Origin: Candidatus Thermosaccharophagus tengchongensis
Lineage (GTDB): Bacteria > Armatimonadota > Fervidibacteria > Fervidibacterales > Thermosaccharophagaceae
Strand: one strand, 5' to 3'
Length of the DNA: 64,000 nucleotides
Assembly: GCA_032161105.1 (NCBI GenBank)
Contig: JAVHTD010000007.1
Positions 9,767 through 19,313 of this stretch are shown piece by piece; position 1 is the stretch's first letter; each line of letters opens with the position of its first letter. The notes beneath the pieces are model-generated. The model did no database searches. It was given only the letters and a program-made list of their open reading frames with translations, and was not told where the DNA came from. Both the position numbers and the translations under genes were made by a program.

Positions 9767-10783
9767 CTAATCCTCATATTCGCTCGGCAATTGGATGTCA
9801 CGCAAGTGAGCGGCATTTTCCTCAGGCAGGCTGACATTGATTGTTATGCCAGAGCCGAGTTCAAATCCAGCCGGCGTTGTCAGCCTCGGAACAACGCGCA
9901 TATACCAATGATAGAACGGCTCGCCAGATGAGAAATGCGGAGCACTGTTAAGGACGAGGTTATAATCGGGTTGGTTAAGCCCGATGTGTATCCTGAGCAG
10001 TGTTGCCCTTAAAGCGGCAGCAAGTGCCGTCAGCTCGTCTCCGGTAAGCTCTGAGAATGTGGCTTGATGGCGCAATGGTATGATCCAAAGTTCGTATGGG
10101 AAGCTCGCTGCATATGGCACAAGGCTAACGAAGTGCTTATTCTGAAAGACGATGCGCACGCCCTCACTCATCTCGTGCTCCAAAATGTCACAGACAGCGC
10201 ATCTTCCAAGCGCGTCGTAATGCCTTTCAAGCTCATACATGTATCGGCGTATGTGCAGCGGTATAAACGGCATCCCGACGAGTTGCGAGTGAGGATGGGC
10301 AAGCGAAGTGCCTGCTCTCTCACCCTGATTGCGGAAGATGATGATGAGCGTGCAATGCGGCAGTTTGCTCAATTCGCAGAACCTGTCGTAGTAGGATTGG
10401 ATGACGAGCTCCATTTGCTTCATCTTCAAAGTTGCCATCGTCTGGTTATGTTCTGGCGTCTCAATTATCACCTCATGCTTTCCGACCCCATCCATGCGCA
10501 GGTAAATCCCTTCACGCCGCCTGGTTGGTTGACCATCAGGGATGAGCGCCGGGAACTTGTTTGGCACAATTCGCACAAGCCACCCATTATCGCCATCATA
10601 CCTGAGCACCTCCGGTGGCGTCATGTCCTCATTGCCCGGGCAGAATGGGCATGATGGATCATAGGATGGCAGCTTTTGCACCTCCTCCTTTCGGGCGAAG
10701 TCCTTTGGGCGCTTCGAGCGCTCCGTCGCTATGATGACCCACTCTTTCGTCACAAGGTTTTGGCGAACCTCAGGCATGCACAT
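9767..10783 (-). CDS. galT: Galactose-1-phosphate uridylyltransferase (GalT/HIT family)
   Basis: CPFCPGNE, VPNKFPAL, SLAHPHSQ, AGFELGSG. Confidence 0.9.
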   Translation of the reverse strand: MCMPEVRQNLVTKEWVIIATERSKRPKDFARKEEVQKLPSYDPSCPFCPGNEDMTPPEVLRYDGDNGWLVRIVPNKFPALIPDGQPTRRREGIYLRMDGVGKHEVIIETPEHNQTMATLKMKQMELVIQSYYDRFCELSKLPHCTLIIIFRNQGERAGTSLAHPHSQLVGMPFIPLHIRRYMYELERHYDALGRCAVCDILEHEMSEGVRIVFQNKHFVSLVPYAASFPYELWIIPLRHQATFSELTGDELTALAAALRATLLRIHIGLNQPDYNLVLNSAPHFSSGEPFYHWYMRVVPRLTTPAGFELGSGITINVSLPEENAAHLRDIQLPSEYED

Positions 10784-10951
10784 TCACCTCCCATGAAAAA
10801 TATCGGATGCCTCGCACAATGTGCGCCATACTCTCGTTGGAGTAAACTTGATGTGACTTTCGTATTCACAGCACAGTATGTGAGCGGCTGGACATGCTTA
10901 ACACCCTTTCGCAAGTTCCATTTTGGCAGCTTGCAGTGGGAGTTGGAAGGC

Positions 10952-11806
10952 ATGGAAGGGCATTTGGTCAAACCGTTGGTGTCAATCATCATCCCGGCAT
11001 ATAATGAGGAACGCCGCTTGCCGCAAACGCTTTCGCGCATAGTTGAGTATGTGCGCCAAAGGAAGTTGAGCTGTGAGATTCTCGTCGTTGACGATGGCAG
11101 CCATGATGCTACAAGTGATGTAGCTATCGCGGTTGCTCGGTCACTTTCGTTCTCTCCATTCCGTGTCCTGCGATACAAGCCGAACATGGGCAAAGGTTAT
11201 GCAGTCAATCGCGGTGTGCTTTCATCAAACGGCTGCTTTGTGCTCTTCACCGATGCCGACTTATCAACACCAATTGAGGAGCTTGAGAAGCTCCTTCAAC
11301 CGCTCCTCAACGGCTATTGCGATGTAGCCATTGCCTCTCGCGCCCTTGCAGGCTCTGAGTTGCCCATTCGCCAGCCACTGTTCAGGGAGTTAATGGGGAG
11401 AGCCTTCAATGTCGTTGTGCAAGCCACCCTTTTGCCCGGCATAAGGGACACGCAATGCGGCTTCAAATGCTTCACAGCGCGAGCTGCACGGGACATATTC
11501 ATCAGGCAGCGCACATTTGGCTTCGCATTTGATGTGGAGATACTTTACATCGCACGCAAGCTCGGCTACCGGATAATTGAGCTGCCGGTGCGTTGGCTTC
11601 ACTCGCCGGAGACGAAGGTAAAAGTCTTTAGGCACGGCTTACAGATGCTCCTATCGGTGTTCCAGATACGCTGGAGAGCATGGTGGGGCGTGTATAGCAT
11701 GCCATCTGAGTTTGATCAATCACTCATGATGACGAGCACTATCACCCTGCATGGTGATGAATGTATACATGGTGGCGAGCCATTGCAGCTGCAGCGGGAT
11801 GCTTGA
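10952..11806 (+). CDS. GT2 glycosyltransferase, dolichyl-phosphate beta-glucosyltransferase-like
   Basis: IIPAYNEE, VVDDGS, GKGYAV, FTDADLS, DTQCGFK, FDVEIL; start moved to ATG 10952 to avoid overlap with galT. Confidence 0.88.
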   Translation: MEGHLVKPLVSIIIPAYNEERRLPQTLSRIVEYVRQRKLSCEILVVDDGSHDATSDVAIAVARSLSFSPFRVLRYKPNMGKGYAVNRGVLSSNGCFVLFTDADLSTPIEELEKLLQPLLNGYCDVAIASRALAGSELPIRQPLFRELMGRAFNVVVQATLLPGIRDTQCGFKCFTARAARDIFIRQRTFGFAFDVEILYIARKLGYRIIELPVRWLHSPETKVKVFRHGLQMLLSVFQIRWRAWWGVYSMPSEFDQSLMMTSTITLHGDECIHGGEPLQLQRDA

Positions 11807-11897
11807 AGAGTTATAGTAGGTGAGCTTTGATCCCGTCACACAGCGTGTGCGGGGTAGTGTCACCCTTCAGGGCGTGGCTCTCTGGACATCCGGCAAT

Positions 11898-13550
11898 TCA
11901 CTTTATCACCTGCGCATCAAACCGAAATACGAATGCGCCTTCTTTCCATGCGTCTTTGCTCAGCCCGGCTTTCTCACACACCGCCTCAATGAACTGCACC
12001 CTGTCCCATTTGAACTCGGTCGCAACCTGCGGTAACAGCAGTCCCGAATGCTCCCCATCAACGACTACCAAGCCGTGTCTTCCGATCTCAATCTCCCTCA
12101 GGCTGACAATCTCCTCAAGTCTTCCGAGGACTGTCACTTCAACTTCAATTCCCTCAAGCTCATCCGGTCTTACGGGGGTGAACCTGCGGTCGTGCAAAGC
12201 TGCCGAGATGGCTGCATCAATTGTCCCCTCCCAGAGCGGCTTTATTGGCTCAACAATACCAATGCAACCGCGAAGCTCGCCATTTTTCTTCAGCGTGACG
12301 AACACTCCCCAGCGCTCAAGCAGTTCGGCGCTGTTGACTTGCACCTTTGGCTTTTGCCTATCCACCACAGCGCTTCGCAGTGCGACCCTCGCTATGCGCA
12401 ACAGCTCTTTGCACGCCGTGCTGCTAAGCTGTGGGCGAATGTGAGCTTCGTGCAAAGATGGCTCTTTTGGTCGCTCTGCAGTTGCCCTGCCAGGTGGTTT
12501 CCCATAGATGCACGCTGCGCAGTATCCCACAACCTTTGATTTATCCCCGCTTGGCACATCGCCCGAGTTGGCATAGCACAGTATCTCCAATCGTGGCGAT
12601 GTGCACAATGCCTTTGCAGCTTCAATCACGCTCAAGACAGCGCTCATCCCACAAAGTGTGCATTCAAGGTTGCGTATGCGCCTCTTAAGCAGCCTATCAT
12701 TCGCCGCCAAGATTTTCTCCGCCGAGAGCGTCTGGAGCGCTTTGAGCATTTCCTCGTCAACCCGTTTTGCATCCTCATACTTTGGGTAATGCGACATGTC
12801 GCTGCTGGCTATGAGCAATGCTTTTCTTCCGGAAAGCAAGTTGGAGAGAGCTTTTCCGAGCACCCTGCAGTGCTCCGGGCTGAGTTCACCGGTTGTGATT
12901 GGCAGCAATTTCCAATTCGCTTTGCCGAGGGCGATTTGAAGGAATGGCAACTGGCTCTCTATGCAATGCTCACGCTCATGTGCAAGGCTGTTCCTGTAAA
13001 CGAGGCGACATTCTTTGATTAGCCTTTCGGCAAGCCCTATGTCAACCTCAACTTTCCCAAGCGGCGTCATAAAAGCTTTGGCAGTTGGCACTGCAGCACC
13101 TTGCACGGGAAAGTAATGGCTTGGTCCAATGATGACGATGGTGTCAAATTCCATGCCCTCAATGACCTTGTAAGCTTCAGCGGCAACAAGACCGCAAAAC
13201 TGCCATCCGGCATGTGGCACGATTAAGGCTAACGGTGTTTCAGCTTTGCGCTGCGCCTTTGCGGAGCTGAGGTGGTCGGAGACGGTGCGCTTAAGTTCGT
13301 CCGCATCCTTTGGATACCAAATTCCGGCTACAGCAGGTGGACGAACCTCTGGACGGTGGGGTAAATCCACTTCATTTGCAGTTTGAACCTCACTTAGTGC
13401 CTTCACATGCTTTGCCTTAGTTGGCTTTTCGGATTTGAGTGGCTCACTCGGCTGTTGGATTGGGAATGAAGTCATCTGGCGTGTCCCGCACCCAATGAGG
13501 CACAGGGAGATGACCATCACGGAGATGGCGTTAAACATCCTGACTTTCAA
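11898..13550 (-). CDS. amrB-amrA: AmmeMemoRadiSam protein B (MEMO1) fused to protein A (AMMECR1), with lipoprotein-like signal
   Basis: RPPAVAGIWYP, PHAG, GPSH, EHCIE, SSDMSHY; C-terminal GVFVTLKKNGELRGCIG and LLLPQVA; TTG at 13550 after GAGGA gives MKVRMFNAISVMVISLCLIG-C (ORF is open to 13655). Confidence 0.88.
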   Translation of the reverse strand: MKVRMFNAISVMVISLCLIGCGTRQMTSFPIQQPSEPLKSEKPTKAKHVKALSEVQTANEVDLPHRPEVRPPAVAGIWYPKDADELKRTVSDHLSSAKAQRKAETPLALIVPHAGWQFCGLVAAEAYKVIEGMEFDTIVIIGPSHYFPVQGAAVPTAKAFMTPLGKVEVDIGLAERLIKECRLVYRNSLAHEREHCIESQLPFLQIALGKANWKLLPITTGELSPEHCRVLGKALSNLLSGRKALLIASSDMSHYPKYEDAKRVDEEMLKALQTLSAEKILAANDRLLKRRIRNLECTLCGMSAVLSVIEAAKALCTSPRLEILCYANSGDVPSGDKSKVVGYCAACIYGKPPGRATAERPKEPSLHEAHIRPQLSSTACKELLRIARVALRSAVVDRQKPKVQVNSAELLERWGVFVTLKKNGELRGCIGIVEPIKPLWEGTIDAAISAALHDRRFTPVRPDELEGIEVEVTVLGRLEEIVSLREIEIGRHGLVVVDGEHSGLLLPQVATEFKWDRVQFIEAVCEKAGLSKDAWKEGAFVFRFDAQVIK

Positions 13551-13703
13551 AACGCCGATTCCTCGGGGTGATGTTGAAGATGCCCCATGCGGTGATGCCT
13601 TAACGGGCAATGAAACTCCGTTGTGCGGCATATCCTCGGCATGCATCACTATCACCCCTTGCCGTTGTGCGTGGCACCTTTCACCGAGTGAGAGCCATGC
13701 CGC

Positions 13704-14801
13704 TTATATGTCAATCTCAACTACCTGCACCTTTTCCTGATCAGCGACGCCAAGCTTCAATGGCTCGCTTGCAGCCGTGAGGATGTATTTCGGCTTGCGC
13801 CCCTCGCTTTCAAGGCTTTGCAAACCCTTTGCCTTCCTGTATCGTTCAACGAGCCTCCAGCAGTAGACATCAACAGCCACTGGGTCTGTTGAAATGATGA
13901 GCGCTCCGTGGCGAACGAGAAACTGCGGCTTGAAACTCGGACCGCCGTGATACTGCAGGTCAAGGGCATCACAGATTATGAGCTTCTGCTTTGAGCGTAT
14001 TTCGGTGAGGGCATTCAATTCAGCTATTTGTGGGTCTCCACCGTTGTCGTGATACTTGTTTGGGTTGTGCACAGCGCCAAGCCAATTCTTCAAAGCCCCG
14101 GTATAACCCACAATGCCGTGATCTTTCGTCACCGGCACATTTATGAGCGCCGTGCAAACATGCGTGACTATGCGGCTCAACTGTGAGCCAACATTGCCAG
14201 CCTCATAAATTTCCTCACCGTAGCCGATGCCATCCGTGTCAGTCCCAAAGCATAGCGGTTCGGATGATAGCGTCACTTTATAGCCAGCTGATTCAAGCTC
14301 ACGGTTGAGCCTGTCCCAAATGATGATGCGTTTACCGTTTATCCCAGTGCTCATCAATTCAAGCGCGATTGCATTTGCAACCTCAGTGTGTGATGACATC
14401 TTTGCGCCAGCGAGGCAGTTGACTTTGATCCCGATCACATCGTCTGGTTCAAAGAAGTTACGCCATGCAGCCTTCACCGTCTCGCAGCCAGTCAGCTCCG
14501 TCAGACCGATCTGAAGCATCTTTCGCACTTCCTCGGGCTTCACTTTCCCACTTTCAATGTATCGTTTGCTTCTGACGACGATGATGCGCTGCTGCTCCAT
14601 TTCGCGTGGCTGGCTTGAATGTGTCATGCTATGGGGATTTTCGCTCTTGTGCCTGTAAGCCGTTACATCGGCTATCCTCTTGCGGTTGGAACATGACGAG
14701 AATGCAATGGCGGAGGCACATGCCTCGCACAGGGTCAAGATGAATTTTCTCCTCGTTAGCTGCACTGCATGTTCATCATGGCGCTGATTTTTGACTCGCA
14801 T
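13704..14801 (-). CDS. DUF362 domain protein with Tat-like signal
   Basis: TRRKFI leader ending FSSC; IGIKVNC, IIWDR, INVPVTKDH, GALKN, STDPVAVD. Confidence 0.8.
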   Translation of the reverse strand: MRVKNQRHDEHAVQLTRRKFILTLCEACASAIAFSSCSNRKRIADVTAYRHKSENPHSMTHSSQPREMEQQRIIVVRSKRYIESGKVKPEEVRKMLQIGLTELTGCETVKAAWRNFFEPDDVIGIKVNCLAGAKMSSHTEVANAIALELMSTGINGKRIIIWDRLNRELESAGYKVTLSSEPLCFGTDTDGIGYGEEIYEAGNVGSQLSRIVTHVCTALINVPVTKDHGIVGYTGALKNWLGAVHNPNKYHDNGGDPQIAELNALTEIRSKQKLIICDALDLQYHGGPSFKPQFLVRHGALIISTDPVAVDVYCWRLVERYRKAKGLQSLESEGRKPKYILTAASEPLKLGVADQEKVQVVEIDI

Positions 14802-14815
14802 TGCTCATTAACCCC

Positions 14816-15940
14816 TCATGCCCAGACGCCAGCAATTGCAAACTTGCATTTTGCGCATCTGCCATCCTTGAGACCGCTTGCGCTCGTTTTATATCCCAAC
14901 CTCTGAATGACGATGCTGCCGCAATTTGGACAGTATGTGCTCTCTGCCGGATGCCCGAACACATTGCCGATGTAAACATAGCGCAAGCCGACCTCCTTGG
15001 CGATTTCGTGGCAGCGCTCAAGTGTCTTAACTGGCGTTGGTGGCAGGTTGCGCAGCTTATACATCGGGATGAAACGGCTGAAGTGGATCGGGACATCCTT
15101 TCCCAAGTTGGCTTTGATCCAGTTGCACATTTGTCTTATCTCGTCGGGTGAATCATTTAACCCCGGCACTATTAAGACGACGAGTTCAAGCCAAACATTG
15201 CTTGACTTGATGACTTCAATTGCCCTCAGCACCGGTTTGAGTTGCCCTCGGCAGATCTTTTTGTAAAACTCCTCGCTGAAAGCCTTTAGGTCAACTTTGA
15301 CGCCATCAAGCACCTTGCAAGCTTCCCGCATTGGCTTCGGCTCAATGAACGCATTGGTTATCATGAGCGCCTTTATTCCGGCTCGGCGTGCGAACTTTGC
15401 AGTGTCAACCATGTATTCGTAGAACACAACCGGTTCTGTATAGGTGAACGCAATGGACTTGCACTCGTAGTGTTTAGCCAAATCAACTACCCTCTTGGGT
15501 GGCAAATAAACATTGTCGGTCTGTTCAGGACGGCGTTGCGATATCTCCCAATTCTGGCAATAGGCGCATTCAATGTTGCATCCGGCTGTGGCGATTGAAA
15601 ATGAGAGTGACGCCGGAAGGAAGTGAAAGAATGGCTTCTTCTCAATTGGGTCTATATGCACAGCGCATGGGTTTGAATAAACAAGCGTGTAGTAAACCCC
15701 ATCGCGATTCTCGCGCACACCGCAGAAGCCGCGTTCGCGGTCGTCCACAACGCACTTCCTTGGGCACAAATCACAGCGCACCTTCTTCAAATTGAGCTTC
15801 GTATACCACATGGCTTCCTTCAAATCGCCTTCCCATTTCTCCCGATGGCTCTGTTGTCCTTGCACATTGGTGACAAAAATTGAGCACGCAATGCAGCCCA
15901 TGAACTTGCGCCTGTTCAATTTATCGTTCATCAGCGACAC
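14816..15940 (-). CDS. amrS: AmmeMemoRadiSam radical SAM enzyme with RR leader
   Basis: CDLCPRKC..CGVR, DPIEKKP, CNIECAYCQNWEISQ, YTEP, YVYIGN, TYCPNC; NRRKFM leader. Confidence 0.92.
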   Translation of the reverse strand: MSLMNDKLNRRKFMGCIACSIFVTNVQGQQSHREKWEGDLKEAMWYTKLNLKKVRCDLCPRKCVVDDRERGFCGVRENRDGVYYTLVYSNPCAVHIDPIEKKPFFHFLPASLSFSIATAGCNIECAYCQNWEISQRRPEQTDNVYLPPKRVVDLAKHYECKSIAFTYTEPVVFYEYMVDTAKFARRAGIKALMITNAFIEPKPMREACKVLDGVKVDLKAFSEEFYKKICRGQLKPVLRAIEVIKSSNVWLELVVLIVPGLNDSPDEIRQMCNWIKANLGKDVPIHFSRFIPMYKLRNLPPTPVKTLERCHEIAKEVGLRYVYIGNVFGHPAESTYCPNCGSIVIQRLGYKTSASGLKDGRCAKCKFAIAGVWA

Positions 15941-15965
15941 CCCTTCTTCGCTTCTTCATCATGTA

Positions 15966-15971
15966 ATTATA
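15966..15971 (-). promoter_or_regulatory. Candidate -10 box (TATAAT) for the amrS operon
   Basis: Exact TATAAT on the minus strand about 25 nt upstream of the amrS start; no clear -35. Confidence 0.35.
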
Positions 15972-16118
15972 AACTGCCTCATTGACGCTCATTCGCGTGT
16001 GAGGAACTGAGTAAGCGCATCCGTAGTTGTGGGCATTGGTGCAGCAATGCGATAAATTTATTCTTGGCAACTGTGGCTTTGCAAGAGGTCAGCTTGCGTG
16101 CAGTCACTCTGAGTGGCA

Positions 16119-16306
16119 CTTGCAAGAGGTTGCAAGCGCCGAAGTTGTGTGAATGAACCTGTTGAAGCGATCGGGACTTACCAGGTGGATGAGTTCATGA
16201 GTTAGCTGCATCAGATAAGCTCGGATGGCGTCCTGATGAGTCGCTGCCTTCGCACCATTTCAGCTCAATCACTGTCTGCGAACGATAAACTTAAAGCCTC
16301 AAAAGC
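16119..16306 (-). ncRNA. ssrS: Putative 6S RNA
   Basis: About 185-nt minus-strand rod: GAGG/CCTC, CGTTCG/CGGCG with bulged U, GTGATTGAGCT/GGTTCATTCAC, central bubble whose 3' side carries CCACCTG..CAGGTTCA, apical CATCAG/CTGATG. Confidence 0.5.
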
Positions 16307-16421
16307 TCACAAGGCATTTTGTGAAGCGCAGTCGCTGCAAGTGGTTGACCTACTGTGTCAAACATGGCAAACTGAAGTGACGGTTTCTCAAGACTTCGCA
16401 AACGAGGGAGGGTGCAACGAT

Positions 16422-16802
16422 ATGGGGCAGGCTAATGTTACGGACGAGGAGCGGCTTTGGGCGATGTTGGGACATTTGTTGGCACTGTTAGGCTATGTGG
16501 CTTGGATCGGCGCATACATTGCCCCTTTGGTCATCTACCTCGTTTACAAGGATAAATCGCAGTTTGTCGCTTTCCATGCATTGCAATCTCTCTTCTTCCA
16601 ATTATCGCTACTTGTGGTCGGTGTAGTTTGCGCCTTGCTTATCCTGACTATTGTGTTTGCCTGCGTCGCTATCCCTTTACTCATTTTAGTTTCAGTTGGA
16701 GCGTTGGTTTACATCATCGTTGCCGCAATCAAAGCCTATAATGGAGAACTTTTTGAGTATTGGCTTGTGGGCAAATGGGCGAGGCAAATTGTGGGGATTT
16801 GA
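16422..16802 (+). CDS. DUF4870 (Tic20-like) small membrane protein
   Basis: DEERLWAMLGHL, FVAFHALQSLFFQ, IKAYNGE..Y..VG; GGAGG RBS. Confidence 0.85.
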   Translation: MGQANVTDEERLWAMLGHLLALLGYVAWIGAYIAPLVIYLVYKDKSQFVAFHALQSLFFQLSLLVVGVVCALLILTIVFACVAIPLLILVSVGALVYIIVAAIKAYNGELFEYWLVGKWARQIVGI

Positions 16803-16883
16803 TCCCAATATGCTCGGGAAATTGTGCCAAGTTTGGTTCCGTCAAGAGCCACCTTTTGATTCCGAACTCGGGGTGACCGAGGG

Positions 16884-18197
16884 GTGAGATGTGCATATCT
16901 TGCGTCAGCATTGCTCACTTTTGCGGAGTGCAGCATTGCCCTTGCCTTGCTGTTTGAGGATGTTCGGTTCCATCAGCTTGCAAATGGCGTTCGTGTCATC
17001 CTTGACATTGTCCCGCAAAGTGATCTCACGGCGATTGGCGTGTGCGTTCGCGCTGGCTCAAAGGACGAACCTGAGGATGCTCAAGGTGTGGCGCACTTGG
17101 TTGAACACCTCATCTTTAAGCGTGCGGGCATGAATGGTGGCTCAGGCACCCAACTTGGTGCGTTATGCATGGTAGCTAATGCTGAGACATCGTTTGACTA
17201 TACCGCATTTTATTGCGCCCTTCATCGGGATATGCTTTACAAAGTGCTGAAGTTAATGTGCTCGGCGATTTTCTCCCCAGAATTTGACCAAAGCTCTTTG
17301 GAACTTGAAAAGAAAATTATCAAGCTTGAGCTTGCACAACGCAGTGAGGATCCACTTGAGCTGGCAAAAGCTCTCTCACAGTGGCTGCTTTTTCGGTCAC
17401 ATCCCTATGCTCACCCATTTAGCGATAGCGTTTGGAATGCTGAGCGCCTAACATTAAGCAAAGTGCTTCAATTCCATAGAGCAAACTACCTTCCTCAGAA
17501 CATAACAGTGATATGTAGCGGTTCGTTTGACGAGCTGGCTGTTTTAAGGGAGATTATGGGGACATTTGGGGCTTTTAATCCTCCGTTAGTGAAATTTACC
17601 TCTCCTCCGACTCTGCGAGATACTACTCGGGTGCCGGAGAATTCGCTCATTTTTGGGATTGAAATGCCCTTTAATGCCGTTTCAATGTCATTTCTCGCGC
17701 CGGGGGCAAGTGAACCAGAGGCATTTGTAGCCGGTGAAGTTATAGCCAATTGCATTGGCGACCCGAATGTCGGAGAATTGGCAAGGTTTTTGGAAAAATA
17801 TCCGAAAATTCCCGTGACCAGATTCAGCGTATCCTTTGCCCCAAGAAGAAATCAATCTGCCCTTTCAATAAACTTGCTTTTGAGGGAAGGAAAGCATTCT
17901 GAAGTTGAGAGAGCAGTTCTGGACTTGCTCAATTCATTCAAGAAAAATGGCATAAGTGGTGACGAACTTCTTAAATTTAAACGCTTGACCGAATTGCGTT
18001 TTAGGAAGCGTTGCAGTGATGTCCTCGGAAGAGTCAAAGTGCTTGCGGAAGCCGAGGGAATTGGGACATACAAAATTGCCACTAATTACATCAATTTTAT
18101 TGAAAATTTGAGTAACGAGCAATTCTTGGGCATCTTAAGGCGCATTTTTAGTCCAAACGGTTATGCAGTTGCAGCCATTTGCCAAAAAGCAAGATGA
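16884..18197 (+). CDS. M16 (insulinase/pitrilysin) family zinc peptidase
   Basis: LANG, GVAHLVEHLIF (HXXEH), NAETSFDYT, HPY. Confidence 0.85.
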   Translation: MRCAYLASALLTFAECSIALALLFEDVRFHQLANGVRVILDIVPQSDLTAIGVCVRAGSKDEPEDAQGVAHLVEHLIFKRAGMNGGSGTQLGALCMVANAETSFDYTAFYCALHRDMLYKVLKLMCSAIFSPEFDQSSLELEKKIIKLELAQRSEDPLELAKALSQWLLFRSHPYAHPFSDSVWNAERLTLSKVLQFHRANYLPQNITVICSGSFDELAVLREIMGTFGAFNPPLVKFTSPPTLRDTTRVPENSLIFGIEMPFNAVSMSFLAPGASEPEAFVAGEVIANCIGDPNVGELARFLEKYPKIPVTRFSVSFAPRRNQSALSINLLLREGKHSEVERAVLDLLNSFKKNGISGDELLKFKRLTELRFRKRCSDVLGRVKVLAEAEGIGTYKIATNYINFIENLSNEQFLGILRRIFSPNGYAVAAICQKAR

Positions 18198-18300
18198 ATA
18201 TTTTTGGACAAATATTTGCCCCTAAAATTTTACAAATCTCCGTTTTGTGTTCAAATAAAATGCAAAATGTTGAACAAATTCGTGGCTGGGGTGATTGAAA

Positions 18301-19149
18301 ATGGCACGATGGTTAAAGTGCGGGCATTATACGATACCAATTGGGGAGAGAACGCTAATAATGGGCATACTTAATGTCACACCAGATTCATTCTCTGGAG
18401 ATGGTATCTATGGGGATGTTCAAACTGCAGTTGATAAGGCAATGCGCATGGTAGAGGAGGGTGCCGATATCATAGATGTTGGTGGTGAGTCAACTCGTCC
18501 CGGCTCTATCCCTGTGCCAGTTGATGAGGAATTGAGGAGGGTAATCCCGGTAATTGAGCGGCTTGCTGATAAGGTTGAAATTCCAATCTCAATTGACACA
18601 TATAAGCCACAGGTAGCTAAAGCTGCGATTGAGGCTGGTGCATGCATCGTCAACGACATTTATGGCTTGCGCAACAAGGGGTTAAACGAGGGAATGTTGC
18701 AAGTTATAGCCGATTATAAGCCGGCAGTGGTCATAATGCATATGCAAGGGACACCACAAACGATGCAGATAAACCCGAGATATGACGACTGCGTGAGGGA
18801 GATAAAGTCATTTCTTGAAACTCAAGCCAAAAAGGCAATGGAAGTCGGGCTTGAAAGGGAGCAAATCATTATTGACCCCGGGATCGGGTTTGGGAAGCTA
18901 CTTGAGCATAATCTTGAAATATTGCGCCGCTTGAGTGAGTTTAAGGGGCTTGGCTTTCCGGTGCTTGTTGGGACTTCGCGCAAGTCGTTTATAGGACAGG
19001 TGCTCAATTTGCCAGTTGAAAAGCGAATTTGGGGCACTGCTGCATCAGTGGCAGTTGCGATAGCAAATGGTGCTGACATTGTTCGGGTTCACGATGTGGC
19101 GGAAATGGTGCAGGTGGTGAGGGTCGCCGATGCGATTGTTAGGTCTTGA
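18301..19149 (+). CDS. folP: Dihydropteroate synthase
   Basis: MGILNVTPDSFS, GGESTRPG, SIDT, MHMQG, DPGIGFGK, SRKSF, RVHDV. Confidence 0.96.
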   Translation: MARWLKCGHYTIPIGERTLIMGILNVTPDSFSGDGIYGDVQTAVDKAMRMVEEGADIIDVGGESTRPGSIPVPVDEELRRVIPVIERLADKVEIPISIDTYKPQVAKAAIEAGACIVNDIYGLRNKGLNEGMLQVIADYKPAVVIMHMQGTPQTMQINPRYDDCVREIKSFLETQAKKAMEVGLEREQIIIDPGIGFGKLLEHNLEILRRLSEFKGLGFPVLVGTSRKSFIGQVLNLPVEKRIWGTAASVAVAIANGADIVRVHDVAEMVQVVRVADAIVRS

Positions 19150-19186
19150 GCATAATATACGCTACTGTAATGCATTTGAAGAATTT

Positions 19187-19213
19187 TTGGCAATATTTTG
19201 GGAAAGATGCCAA
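19187..19213 (+). promoter_or_regulatory. Degenerate CIRCE-like (HrcA) inverted repeat upstream of hsp20
   Basis: TTGGCA-N15-TGCCAA has the CIRCE outer geometry, but the inner CTC/GAG are not conserved. Confidence 0.4.
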
Positions 19214-19236
19214 AATTTGTGCATACATGGAGATGT

Positions 19237-19263
19237 TTAGCATTTCATTGTCATGGGTATAAT
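19237..19263 (+). promoter_or_regulatory. Sigma70-type promoter region of the hsp20 pair (TTAGCA-N15-TATAAT)
   Basis: Exact TATAAT at 19258-19263, 50 nt before ATG 19314; CIRCE half-site TTAGCA at 19237. Confidence 0.45.
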
Positions 19264-19313
19264 GGTAATGGCGCTTGCACCTTCACAAACCTCAGGCTGA
19301 GGAGGTGATTGAG

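Noticed and set aside
10676..10951. Long N-terminal extensions in the ORF track (also at 16236, 24983, 29115, 34071, 45073, 61328, 63272)
   Set aside because: They overlap neighbouring genes or precede a better RBS and family-typical start
16233..16260. Hammerhead core CTGATGAG
   Set aside because: No stem II followed by GAAA
16081..16335. Lysine riboswitch or glmS ribozyme on the plus strand (AGAGG..GCCGAAG..ACTGTC..AGCGC; AGCGCC)
   Set aside because: Spacing is too long, loop-E and core blocks are missing, and no lysine or glmS gene follows; the minus-strand 6S reading fits better
19146..19173. dif-like site (CTTGAGCATAA-TATACG-...)
   Set aside because: Only the XerC-like arm matches; the XerD arm matches about 5 of 11
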